Of a stretch of 64,000 nucleotides of DNA, positions 52,875-60,992 are shown piece after piece. Every line of letters starts with the position of its first letter. The stretch's first letter is position 1. Source of the stretch: Cyanobacteria bacterium P01_D01_bin.156 (GTDB lineage Bacteria; Cyanobacteriota; Cyanobacteriia; Phormidesmidales; Phormidesmidaceae); the NCBI GenBank assembly GCA_039024555.1, contig JBCCQQ010000020.1, forward strand, positions 23,645-87,644, written 5' to 3'. Below the pieces are notes generated by a model. It saw only the letters and a list, made by a program, of their open reading frames with translations, made no database searches and had not been told where the DNA came from. Both the position numbers and the translations under genes were made by a program.

Positions 52875-53435
52875 ATGTTCCCTATTTTTTATAAAAGTGA
52901 CCACAGACGAAATTCTCGTCACAAGTCCAGAGCAATGGTCGATGTGATGTCTCCTATGTATGAAAATCCAGATCAACTCGTCGACGCAGGTCTTGTATTT
53001 GCAAAACGACGAATATATAACGAAGCTCTATGCTGTTTTGAACGTGCCCTAGACCTTCGACCTAACCATACCCAGGCCTTGAAAAACCGGGCGTTAACGT
53101 ATGTCCATCTTGGCCAAACTCGAGCAGCCCTCGTGGATCTTGATCGTCTAATCGACTTAGATCCCCGCAATCTATGGGCCTATGCTAATCGCGCTATTAT
53201 TTTTCGTGATTTAGGTCACTATGGTAATGCTGTGAGTGATTTTGATCACTTAATCAGGCATGATCGCTCTAAGCGCTGGCAATGGCTAATCTCTCGGGGC
53301 TCCACCCTAAAATTGATGGGTCACTACGACGAGGCCCTGGAAGATTTTAATCGCTCCCTTAAGTTAAAGCCCAATAATAGTTGGGCCATTAGTGCCAAGG
53401 ATGAGATGGCATTACATTCTCGCCACTATTCGTAA
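52875..53435 (+). CDS. Tetratricopeptide repeat protein
   Basis: Repeated ~34-aa units (A...NRA......G....A..D....L.P). Confidence 0.85.
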   Translation: MFPIFYKSDHRRNSRHKSRAMVDVMSPMYENPDQLVDAGLVFAKRRIYNEALCCFERALDLRPNHTQALKNRALTYVHLGQTRAALVDLDRLIDLDPRNLWAYANRAIIFRDLGHYGNAVSDFDHLIRHDRSKRWQWLISRGSTLKLMGHYDEALEDFNRSLKLKPNNSWAISAKDEMALHSRHYS

Positions 53436-53595
53436 TACTACAAAATAGAGGCATCATTACGAATAGGGTTGTCGGTCATGAAACTGACTCTGAACCTCAG
53501 CCTTTTAGAGGTAGGTATTCTAGCCAGCTTCTTTAAACTGACTATTTAATTAAGCTTGCATCCATAGCTCTCATCACAATGGGAGACTGTAGGGC

Positions 53596-54864
53596 TTACG
53601 TCGTATACTCGGCGTTGATTTTGACATAGTCATAGCTCAGGTCACACCCCCAAGCTTGACCCACCCCCGGACCCTCACCAACTTGCACGTTAATCTTTAC
53701 AGGATTTTCTAAAGATTGAGTGACTGTAGGTTTATGCTCAATTGCACATGCTTTGAGATAGTTATGTGCGCCCACAGGGTCAAACGCCTGAGGTTGTCCA
53801 TGATCTAACAGGACAAAATCCCCCAACAGAATTTTAAGTTTTGATTGGTCTAGGCTGACACCCGCTCTACCAGCAGCACCTGCAATTCTGCCCCAATTGG
53901 GATCTCGACCAAAAATTGCTGATTTCACTAAAGAGGAACTCGCAATTGTACGTGCAATTGTACGTGCCTCTGCATCAGTCGTAGAACCACTAACACTCAC
54001 TTCAATTAAACAGGTCGCACCTTCTCCATCGCGGGCAATACATTTAGCCAGATACACACATAGCTGCGTCAGCATAGCTTCCAGTTGCTCAGCCGCCGGA
54101 TCTGACATAGTGATAGCTGGTGTACGGGAACGGCCATTGGCCAGGGCAATCACAGTATCATTTGTGCTGGTATCGCCATCTACCGTGATCTGATTAAAGC
54201 TTTTATCAACGGCACGAGCGACCATGGCTTGCCACAAAGCTGGAGAAACAGCTGCATCACAGGTGATAAAGGACAGCATGGTAGCCATGTTGGGATGAAT
54301 CATGCCAGACCCTTTAGCAATGCCGCCGATCCGAACGGGACGTTTATCAATGGTGGTTTCCAGCGCGTAGGACTTGGTTACTAGATCGGTAGTCATGATA
54401 GCTCTAGAGGCGGCCTCACCCCCTTGTTCTGAAAGCTGCTCCACCAGCTGGGGAATGTGTTCCAACAGGGGCTCCATTTTAATGCGGTGACCAATCACAC
54501 CCGTGGAAGCGAGTAAAATTTTCTCGGGATCAACCCCCAAGGCTTTAGCCATCGCAGTAGCAGTGGTAACGGCATCGTTCCAGCCCTGCTGACCAGTACA
54601 GGCATTAGCTTGACCGGAGTTGCAAAGAATTGCTCGGGCAGAAGGCTTTTTATCTAACTGCTGTTGACAGTAGTCTATACAGGCAGCTCGGACTTGGGAC
54701 TGGGTATAAACGGCAGCTGCGATCGCGTCATTTTCCGACACAATTAGGGCTAAATCCGGTGCCCCAGATGCCTTTAGTCCAGCCCGAATACCCGCTGCAG
54801 AAAACCCTTGAGGTGCTGTTACACCACCGGAAATCACTTGACACTGCCCCTTTGCCTGTCCCAT
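53596..54864 (-). CDS. argJ: Bifunctional ornithine acetyltransferase/N-acetylglutamate synthase
   Basis: NSGQANACTG, STGVIG, KGSGMIHPNMATML, DGDTSTND, RDGEGA, INAEYTT. Confidence 0.97.
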   Translation of the reverse strand: MGQAKGQCQVISGGVTAPQGFSAAGIRAGLKASGAPDLALIVSENDAIAAAVYTQSQVRAACIDYCQQQLDKKPSARAILCNSGQANACTGQQGWNDAVTTATAMAKALGVDPEKILLASTGVIGHRIKMEPLLEHIPQLVEQLSEQGGEAASRAIMTTDLVTKSYALETTIDKRPVRIGGIAKGSGMIHPNMATMLSFITCDAAVSPALWQAMVARAVDKSFNQITVDGDTSTNDTVIALANGRSRTPAITMSDPAAEQLEAMLTQLCVYLAKCIARDGEGATCLIEVSVSGSTTDAEARTIARTIASSSLVKSAIFGRDPNWGRIAGAAGRAGVSLDQSKLKILLGDFVLLDHGQPQAFDPVGAHNYLKACAIEHKPTVTQSLENPVKINVQVGEGPGVGQAWGCDLSYDYVKINAEYTT

Positions 54865-54978
54865 TGCTCTCTCCCTAAAGCTGATATCTGCACAACTATA
54901 TGGGCGAGAATAGCTCAAACGCCGCCATTTAACTAGCCAAATTTTCCAGGCTAGCCTTTGAGACTACTGATACATTAC

Positions 54979-55488
54979 CTAGTCATTCTTGACCAAAAGA
55001 TCATTTAAGACATCACTATAAAAATCAATCACCCCATTGAGAGCTTGTCCTCTTTCTTCTAAGAGGCTTAACATAGATTGGGGAGTATCGTCTGACAATA
55101 TACAGAAATGATCGATAACAAACTTAAGCGTCTGCCCCAATTGAATCTCTTCGCCAGCAGTCGGAGCTAACGCTTGAGGCCTCATTTGTATTTGTTCACC
55201 CCGACGAGATTGTTCTCTAACCCACCAGGAAAGAAACTCTAAGGTCAGCCAACCAGAACGATCATAAGACAAAATTACATCCGTATTTGCCCAAGCTTCG
55301 TGAGCTAAACCACCCTCTGTACGTCGTAATAGAGCATGGGGCAAGTCTCCCAAAGGCCCCGACTGGTGATACTCTTGAAGAGAAATCTTATCTAGCTTTT
55401 TTATCCCAGTGTTTACTTCCACAACACCTCGAAAGCGACAAAATGCCTGATGAAAAAAGATAACCTGTTGTGGATAGTTTGCAGCCAT
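54979..55488 (-). CDS. Hypothetical protein
   Basis: Intact ORF between accC and argJ on the same strand with globular composition; no motif recognised. Confidence 0.6.
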   Translation of the reverse strand: MAANYPQQVIFFHQAFCRFRGVVEVNTGIKKLDKISLQEYHQSGPLGDLPHALLRRTEGGLAHEAWANTDVILSYDRSGWLTLEFLSWWVREQSRRGEQIQMRPQALAPTAGEEIQLGQTLKFVIDHFCILSDDTPQSMLSLLEERGQALNGVIDFYSDVLNDLLVKND

Positions 55489-55632
55489 AACAATCTCAGC
55501 AGCCCTGAATCTCCTTACAAGCAACAAATATACCCCTAGAACATTCTAGATGCAATCAAAAAATAGATGCGAGAGACAACCATGTTCTCTCCATCCACAC
55601 CAGCGATCTCATGGTCTGCAGAACAATATTCC

Positions 55633-56976
55633 TCATCCCATCATCTGGTTTACAAAATTAGTATAAACTTCTCCCTTTAAGAACTCAGAACGTTCCAGCA
55701 CCTGTTGATGAAAGCCAATAGTGGTCGGCAACCCAGTGATTGCACATTCTCGCAGTGCCCGTTTCATCCGTTGAATTGCCGTGGCACGATTAGGTCCCCA
55801 GACAATTAATTTGCCGATGAGAGAATCGTAGTAAGGGGGAATCTCATAATCGGTATATACGTGAGAATCCATGCGGACACCCAAACCACCTGGAGCTAAA
55901 TAGCCACTGATACGACCAGGGTTGGGTCGAAAATTATGGTCAGGATCTTCCGCATTGATACGACATTCGATAGCATGGCCTTTGAGAACAATCTCTTCTT
56001 GACTAAACGACAAACGCTCTCCCTGGGCAATCCGAATTTGCTCCCCAATCAGATCGATTCCCGTCACCATTTCAGTAACCGGATGCTCCACTTGGATGCG
56101 GGTATTCATCTCCATGAAATAAAAACTGCCCTGACTGTCTACCAAAAACTCGACAGTCCCTGCCCCCACATAGTTAATAGCTTTGGCTGCCCGCACGGCT
56201 GCAGAGCCCATCTTCTGACGTAGATCTGAGTCCAGGGCAGGGCTTGGTGCTTCTTCTAGCAGTTTTTGATGGCGACGTTGAATCGAGCAATCGCGCTCAC
56301 CGAGGTGCACCACATTGCCATAGCTATCAGCTAAGATTTGAAATTCAATGTGACGAGGATTCTCAACAAACTTCTCTAGATAAATTCCCCCATTACCAAA
56401 GGCGGCTTCAGCTTCTCCCTGGGCAGAGAGAAACAGTTTATTCATTTCGCTGGCTTCACGCACCAGCCGCATACCCCTACCACCACCGCCAGCCGTAGCT
56501 TTGATCATCACGGGATAGCCGATTTCCTCGGCTAAAGCCGTAGCGGCTTCTGGAGTATCTAGCAGGCCTTTACTTCCCGGCACAGTCGGCACCTTAACCC
56601 GCTGCATCGTAGCTTTTGCCGTAGACTTATCTCCCATAGCCCGCATAGCGGCGGCAGAAGGACCAATAAAAACAATCTTATGATCGGCACAGATATCGAC
56701 AAACCGGTCATTCTCGGCTAAGAAGCCATACCCTGGATGAATGGCACTAGCTCCAGTAGTCATCGCAGCTGCGATAATGTTAGGCACATTTAAATAGCTA
56801 CGACTACTAGGAGCTTCACCAATACATACAGCTTCGTCCGCAAGCTGCACATGGAGCGCATGGCGATCAATCGTGGAGTGAACGGCAACGGTCGCTATTC
56901 CCATTTCCTCACAGGTGCGCAAAATTCTTAGCGCGATTTCACCTCGGTTCGCAATCAAGATTTTTGAAAAGCGCAT
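55633..56976 (-). CDS. accC: Acetyl-CoA carboxylase biotin carboxylase subunit
   Basis: [43 protein letters not shown]. Confidence 0.97.
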   Translation of the reverse strand: MRFSKILIANRGEIALRILRTCEEMGIATVAVHSTIDRHALHVQLADEAVCIGEAPSSRSYLNVPNIIAAAMTTGASAIHPGYGFLAENDRFVDICADHKIVFIGPSAAAMRAMGDKSTAKATMQRVKVPTVPGSKGLLDTPEAATALAEEIGYPVMIKATAGGGGRGMRLVREASEMNKLFLSAQGEAEAAFGNGGIYLEKFVENPRHIEFQILADSYGNVVHLGERDCSIQRRHQKLLEEAPSPALDSDLRQKMGSAAVRAAKAINYVGAGTVEFLVDSQGSFYFMEMNTRIQVEHPVTEMVTGIDLIGEQIRIAQGERLSFSQEEIVLKGHAIECRINAEDPDHNFRPNPGRISGYLAPGGLGVRMDSHVYTDYEIPPYYDSLIGKLIVWGPNRATAIQRMKRALRECAITGLPTTIGFHQQVLERSEFLKGEVYTNFVNQMMG

Positions 56977-57153
56977 TAGCAAGCCACTACCTTTAAGGAA
57001 ACGTTTAATCTGTCTGCATCAATAGGATGGAAGCTGATCGTACCACGCTGTCTTCCCTGGCATAGTCCCCTAAATTTGATCGATAAATCTGGTGTTGCAC
57101 AGGGCCGTTTGTGGTTTACTGTTATATGCTGTTGGAGATTATCAACACTATCT

Positions 57154-57235
57154 GCGGATGTGGTGGAATTGGTAGACACGCACGCTTGAGGGGCGTGTGG
57201 CTTATGCCATGCGAGTTCGATTCTCGCCATCCGCA
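57154..57235 (+). tRNA. trnL-GAG: tRNA-Leu (anticodon GAG)
   Basis: GCGGATG/CATCCGC acceptor stem, D-loop GGAATTGGTAGAC, anticodon arm CACGC-TTGAGGG-GCGTG, long variable arm, GTTCGA T-loop; CCA not encoded. Confidence 0.95.
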
Positions 57236-57266
57236 TTGCCCTAATTCAGGGGCATAGCCTTTAGGT

Positions 57267-57303
57267 AAAAAGCGTCATTCTGGTTGTCGGAATGACGCTT
57301 TTT
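57267..57303. terminator. Terminator hairpin downstream of tRNA-Leu
   Basis: AAAAAGCGTCATTC-TGGTTGTCG-GAATGACGCTTTTT. Confidence 0.8.
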
Positions 57304-57625
57304 ATCGTCACCGTTGCCGATTGAAGTAATAAGCCCATAGGTATCAACTTCAACCAATGAATCTTGGTTAGGACTAGATTCGGAAATCACACGGAAACAG
57401 CATCCCCATTTCCCACACTCGACACCGAGGAAAGCGGTCCGTTCTGGATGGAGAACGACCCATCAGGCAACACCGACGCCTGTTCGTTGTTAGAAATCAC
57501 ACTACGCCAAAGGCACCCCCAAGTACTCATCGCTAATCAGACGGCATTGTGTCCAACGATCTAACTTCTGCAGAGCTTGAGACAAGCATATATCATGAAA
57601 AAGTCATAAATTTTTGTAAACAGTT

Positions 57626-58249
57626 TTGACTTCAACGCTTGGCCCGGCACCAAAGGTACAGACAACCCATGGATGGCACTCTCTGGAGATGCTGTGGCAA
57701 GGGGATAAAACCGTTGTCAAAAAAGGATTGCCCCACGATCAGCTGTCTCCAGCATGGCAAATTTTGATGCTAGGCGACGGCTCACCCACTCGCCATTTAC
57801 AACTACTGACCCGTGAGCCTACTGAAGTAGATGTGATGGAAATGTCGATGGTGGGCATGGCAAACGATGGAGCACCTGATGTCATCAGCCATGTACCTGG
57901 CCCTCGACTGCGTCGCCAGGTATGGCTACGTACAGCGTCAGGACAGCGCTTGGCTTATGCCACATCATGGTGGGAGGCAAGCCATGTGGATGAGTATTTA
58001 AAAAATCGGTCTCTCCCTATTTGGGCCAGTCTGGCCAATCTGCGGACCGAACTTTACCGGGATATTCAAGGAATTTACTATGGTTGGAGTCCCCCCTTAG
58101 AAAAGGCTTTTGGCCAGAAAGGACCGTTTTGGGGACGTCACTATCTGTTTTGGCACCATGGCAAGCCGTTAACGCTGATCTATGAAGTGTTTTCCCCTTA
58201 CCTCACACGTTACCTGGGACCAATGCGTTCTGAAACAAGCCATCGGTAA
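57626..58249 (+). CDS. ycf21: Chorismate lyase-like protein (Ycf21/DUF98, UbiC-like)
   Basis: LGDGSPTRHL, RRQVWL, LAYATSWW, FWGRHYLF, IYEVFSP. Confidence 0.85.
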   Translation: MTSTLGPAPKVQTTHGWHSLEMLWQGDKTVVKKGLPHDQLSPAWQILMLGDGSPTRHLQLLTREPTEVDVMEMSMVGMANDGAPDVISHVPGPRLRRQVWLRTASGQRLAYATSWWEASHVDEYLKNRSLPIWASLANLRTELYRDIQGIYYGWSPPLEKAFGQKGPFWGRHYLFWHHGKPLTLIYEVFSPYLTRYLGPMRSETSHR

Positions 58250-58287
58250 TTATTTAGAGCCTTGCAACAGCGAAAACGTTGCCAAGT

Positions 58288-58458
58288 TTAGGTTGACTCT
58301 TCCCGCTTTACCGTCTGATTACGACGTTTACGACATCGATCAGAACAATACTTGACCTCGTCCCAACAGTCCGCCCATTTCTTGCGCCATGTAAAGGGAC
58401 GCTGGCAAACAGCACAGGTCTTGGTAGGGAGATCGGACTTACGGCGTTGTCGGGCCAT
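58288..58458 (-). CDS. DUF2256 domain small Cys-rich protein (56 aa; absent from the ORF track)
   Basis: Manual translation [56 protein letters not shown]. Confidence 0.9.
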   Translation of the reverse strand: MARQRRKSDLPTKTCAVCQRPFTWRKKWADCWDEVKYCSDRCRKRRNQTVKREEST

Positions 58459-58533
58459 TAGGATGCAGAGAGCTGGGTAAAAATTTACAAGGGGCAGACC
58501 CCTTTAAGGTAACGCTCTTTGTACAGAGCCGAG

Positions 58534-58624
58534 GGCGTTGCTGCTCCTCGGGATGGTTTCATATGCCAAATCCAGGTAAATAGTAGGTTCTACAGATCGT
58601 TTCATCCCCTAAATCAGCAACGGC
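58534..58624. repeat. 91-bp MITE-like dispersed repeat, copy 3
   Basis: GGCGTTGCTG...TACAGATCGTTTCATCCCCTAAATCAGCAACGGC; same length as copy 1. Confidence 0.8.
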
Positions 58625-58719
58625 GAGCTGAGGGTATTCAAGCCATACTCAACGTCTATTTCTTTGAGGGAGAGGATATGGGTTAATAGGGGGTCTTTAC
58701 GTATGTTGCAGAATAAGAG

Positions 58720-59472
58720 ATGTCTGCTTTAGCTTCTATGTCCCCTGATACCTCCACGACACAGCTGCGTATTGTTCTGGTGGAACCCGCTGGGCCTTTA
58801 AATATTGGTTCAGTTGCCCGGGTGATGAAGAACTTCGGTCTGTCTCAGCTGGTGTTGGTCAATCCCCAATGTGCCCCTCATAGCCAGGACGCCAGACAGA
58901 TGGCCGTCCATGCTTACGACATTATTGAGACCGCCACAACCGTTGAGACTTTGCCCGACGCCTTGGTGGGATGCCAACGGGCGATCGCAACCACCGCCCG
59001 CAGTCGAGACTTACAAACGCCTCTAGAATCTCCAGAATTAGCCTTGCCTTGGTTATTAGAAACAGGTCCCAGCGCCCTGATTTTTGGTCCTGAAGATCGG
59101 GGTTTGAACAATGATGAGATGCTTCAAGCCCAGCGATTTATCAAAATCAATACTCAGCCACCCTATGAGTCGCTTAACCTGGCCCAGGCAGTAGCGATTT
59201 GCTGTTATGAACTATCTCGCCAACCTACCAAAAAGGTGTCACCATCTACCGATGAAGCTGCTACCCTAGACCAGCTAGAAGGGTACTATCACAATCTGGA
59301 GTCGGTTTTATTAAAAATTGGCTATCTTTATCCCCATACAGCCCCCAGTCGCATGCGAAAGTTCCGCCAACTGGGCTCCCGAGCAGCTTTATCTTCTCAA
59401 GATGTAGCGATGCTCCGCGGCATTCTCCGACAGATAGACTGGGCTGCTCGCCAGAGTGATCCTCCCTCCTAG
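58720..59472 (+). CDS. trmJ: TrmJ/LasT family SPOUT RNA methyltransferase
   Basis: IVLVEP.GPLNIGSVARVMKNFG, FGPEDRGL.N, SLNLAQAV. Confidence 0.9.
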   Translation: MSALASMSPDTSTTQLRIVLVEPAGPLNIGSVARVMKNFGLSQLVLVNPQCAPHSQDARQMAVHAYDIIETATTVETLPDALVGCQRAIATTARSRDLQTPLESPELALPWLLETGPSALIFGPEDRGLNNDEMLQAQRFIKINTQPPYESLNLAQAVAICCYELSRQPTKKVSPSTDEAATLDQLEGYYHNLESVLLKIGYLYPHTAPSRMRKFRQLGSRAALSSQDVAMLRGILRQIDWAARQSDPPS

Positions 59473-59522
59473 GATGTGGCTACCCAGAGCAGAATTAGCA
59501 TTGCTTTCACAACGTTACCCCT

Positions 59523-60842
59523 ATGACGGATCCACAACAGCCCCAGTCTCCATCGCGACGTTCAGCTAGACCCCGGCGACAGCGTCGTTCCAAACCGGCC
59601 TTTTCTGGCAGCAAAGAAAACCGCAGAACGGCTCGACCGCGCCAGCAGCGGCCAGCTTCATCGGTCGGGATGTTTGAGGATATGGTAGATCCCTCTCGTC
59701 ATGTGCGCCGTCGCGGCAATCGAACGAGTTGGCCCCCTCAGTCGCGGGGGACCTTTTTCCCAAAGCTGCCAAAGCCAATTGTTTACGGTGTCCGTTTACT
59801 GATTATTGGCCTGGGTGTGGCAGCTATTGCAGGAACATTGTTATCAGTACTGACGCCTGCAGATGATTCCATAGGACAGGGCACAGCAGCTGAAACGCAG
59901 TCAGCGGTGAATGCGCCAGTTATTGAAGAAGAAGATGTGCTTGTCCGCAGTCAAGAACTGACCAAATTAAAGGACAGCTTAGTAGAGCTACAGGAGCTGA
60001 TTCCAGAACTCACCCCTACGGTCTATGTATTTGACTTAGACACGGGAGGCTATGTGGATATTTCAGGCAATGCGACAGTGCCAGCCGCCAGCACCGTTAA
60101 GCTACCTATTTTGGTTGCCTTTTTTAAGGCTGTGGACGACGGTCGCATTACCATCGAACAGGTAATGGCGATGCAGTCGAGCCAGATTGCCCAGGGGTCA
60201 GGAGATATGCAATTTCAACCCCCTGGCACTCGCTACACTGCATTAGAAGTGGCTACTCAAATGATTATCAACAGTGATAATACAGCCACCAATATGATGA
60301 TCGACTTGCTCGGCGGACAGCTCCCCCTGAACCAACAGTTTTTGGAGTGGGGCCTTACGTCGACAGCTTTAAACGCCCCCCTTCCAGATATTGAAGGAAC
60401 AAACACCACCAGTGCTCAGGATCTAGTACGGATGCTAGCCCATTTGCATCAGGGAGAAATGTTGAGCCTAAGATCGCGCGATCGCGTTTTCAATATTTTG
60501 CAGCGTACCTACAACAAAAATCTGCTGCCAGCTGGAATCGGTGAAGGAGCACTCGCGTATAACAAGACTGGCAATATTGGGGAAGTATTGGGCGATGTAG
60601 CCCTGATGGATTTATCCAACGGCAAACGGTATGCGATCGCAGCCCTCGTTCAACGCCCAGATAACGATGGCCGTGCCCAAGAACTAATCCGGCGCATTTC
60701 TCAAACTGTTTACCAAACTATGAATAGCGCTATTCCAGTCATTAAACCCGCTCCCAGTGGGACGTCTGACAACAGCAGCCCATCTCCAGATTTGCCTGCA
60801 AGCGAACCACCCGCAGCCACCACCGCCAATCCTGAAGAATAA
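59523..60842 (+). CDS. Class A beta-lactamase-like serine hydrolase (PBP-A-like)
   Basis: SxxK (ASTVK), SDN and KTG motifs; Arg-rich cytoplasmic N-terminus followed by a TM anchor. Confidence 0.85.
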   Translation: MTDPQQPQSPSRRSARPRRQRRSKPAFSGSKENRRTARPRQQRPASSVGMFEDMVDPSRHVRRRGNRTSWPPQSRGTFFPKLPKPIVYGVRLLIIGLGVAAIAGTLLSVLTPADDSIGQGTAAETQSAVNAPVIEEEDVLVRSQELTKLKDSLVELQELIPELTPTVYVFDLDTGGYVDISGNATVPAASTVKLPILVAFFKAVDDGRITIEQVMAMQSSQIAQGSGDMQFQPPGTRYTALEVATQMIINSDNTATNMMIDLLGGQLPLNQQFLEWGLTSTALNAPLPDIEGTNTTSAQDLVRMLAHLHQGEMLSLRSRDRVFNILQRTYNKNLLPAGIGEGALAYNKTGNIGEVLGDVALMDLSNGKRYAIAALVQRPDNDGRAQELIRRISQTVYQTMNSAIPVIKPAPSGTSDNSSPSPDLPASEPPAATTANPEE

Positions 60843-60992
60843 AAACCCTTCCCACTGAGCACTCATAACCAGCGTGAAATTCAAAAGAAACTGTACTGTT
60901 GCTGTTGACAATAAGACATCTTTGATACACGCTGTCAGACAAGTTCGGGGGTGTCCCATCTACACTCTGATACTTGCCAGCGCTAAAAACCT

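Noticed and set aside
53942..53967. 12-bp tandem repeat in argJ
   Set aside because: In frame, encodes the ARTIARTIA helix; ordinary coding sequence
57364..57564. 66-aa ORF after the tRNA
   Set aside because: TTG start, no recognisable motif or RBS; likely spurious
57236..57625. Integrative element at tRNA-Leu
   Set aside because: No integrase and no duplicated tRNA 3' end seen in the window; the flanking genes are housekeeping
59523..60842. Antibiotic-resistance beta-lactamase
   Set aside because: Membrane-anchored and appears to have the short omega-loop (LPDIEGTN) of cyanobacterial PBP-A-like proteins; no mobile context
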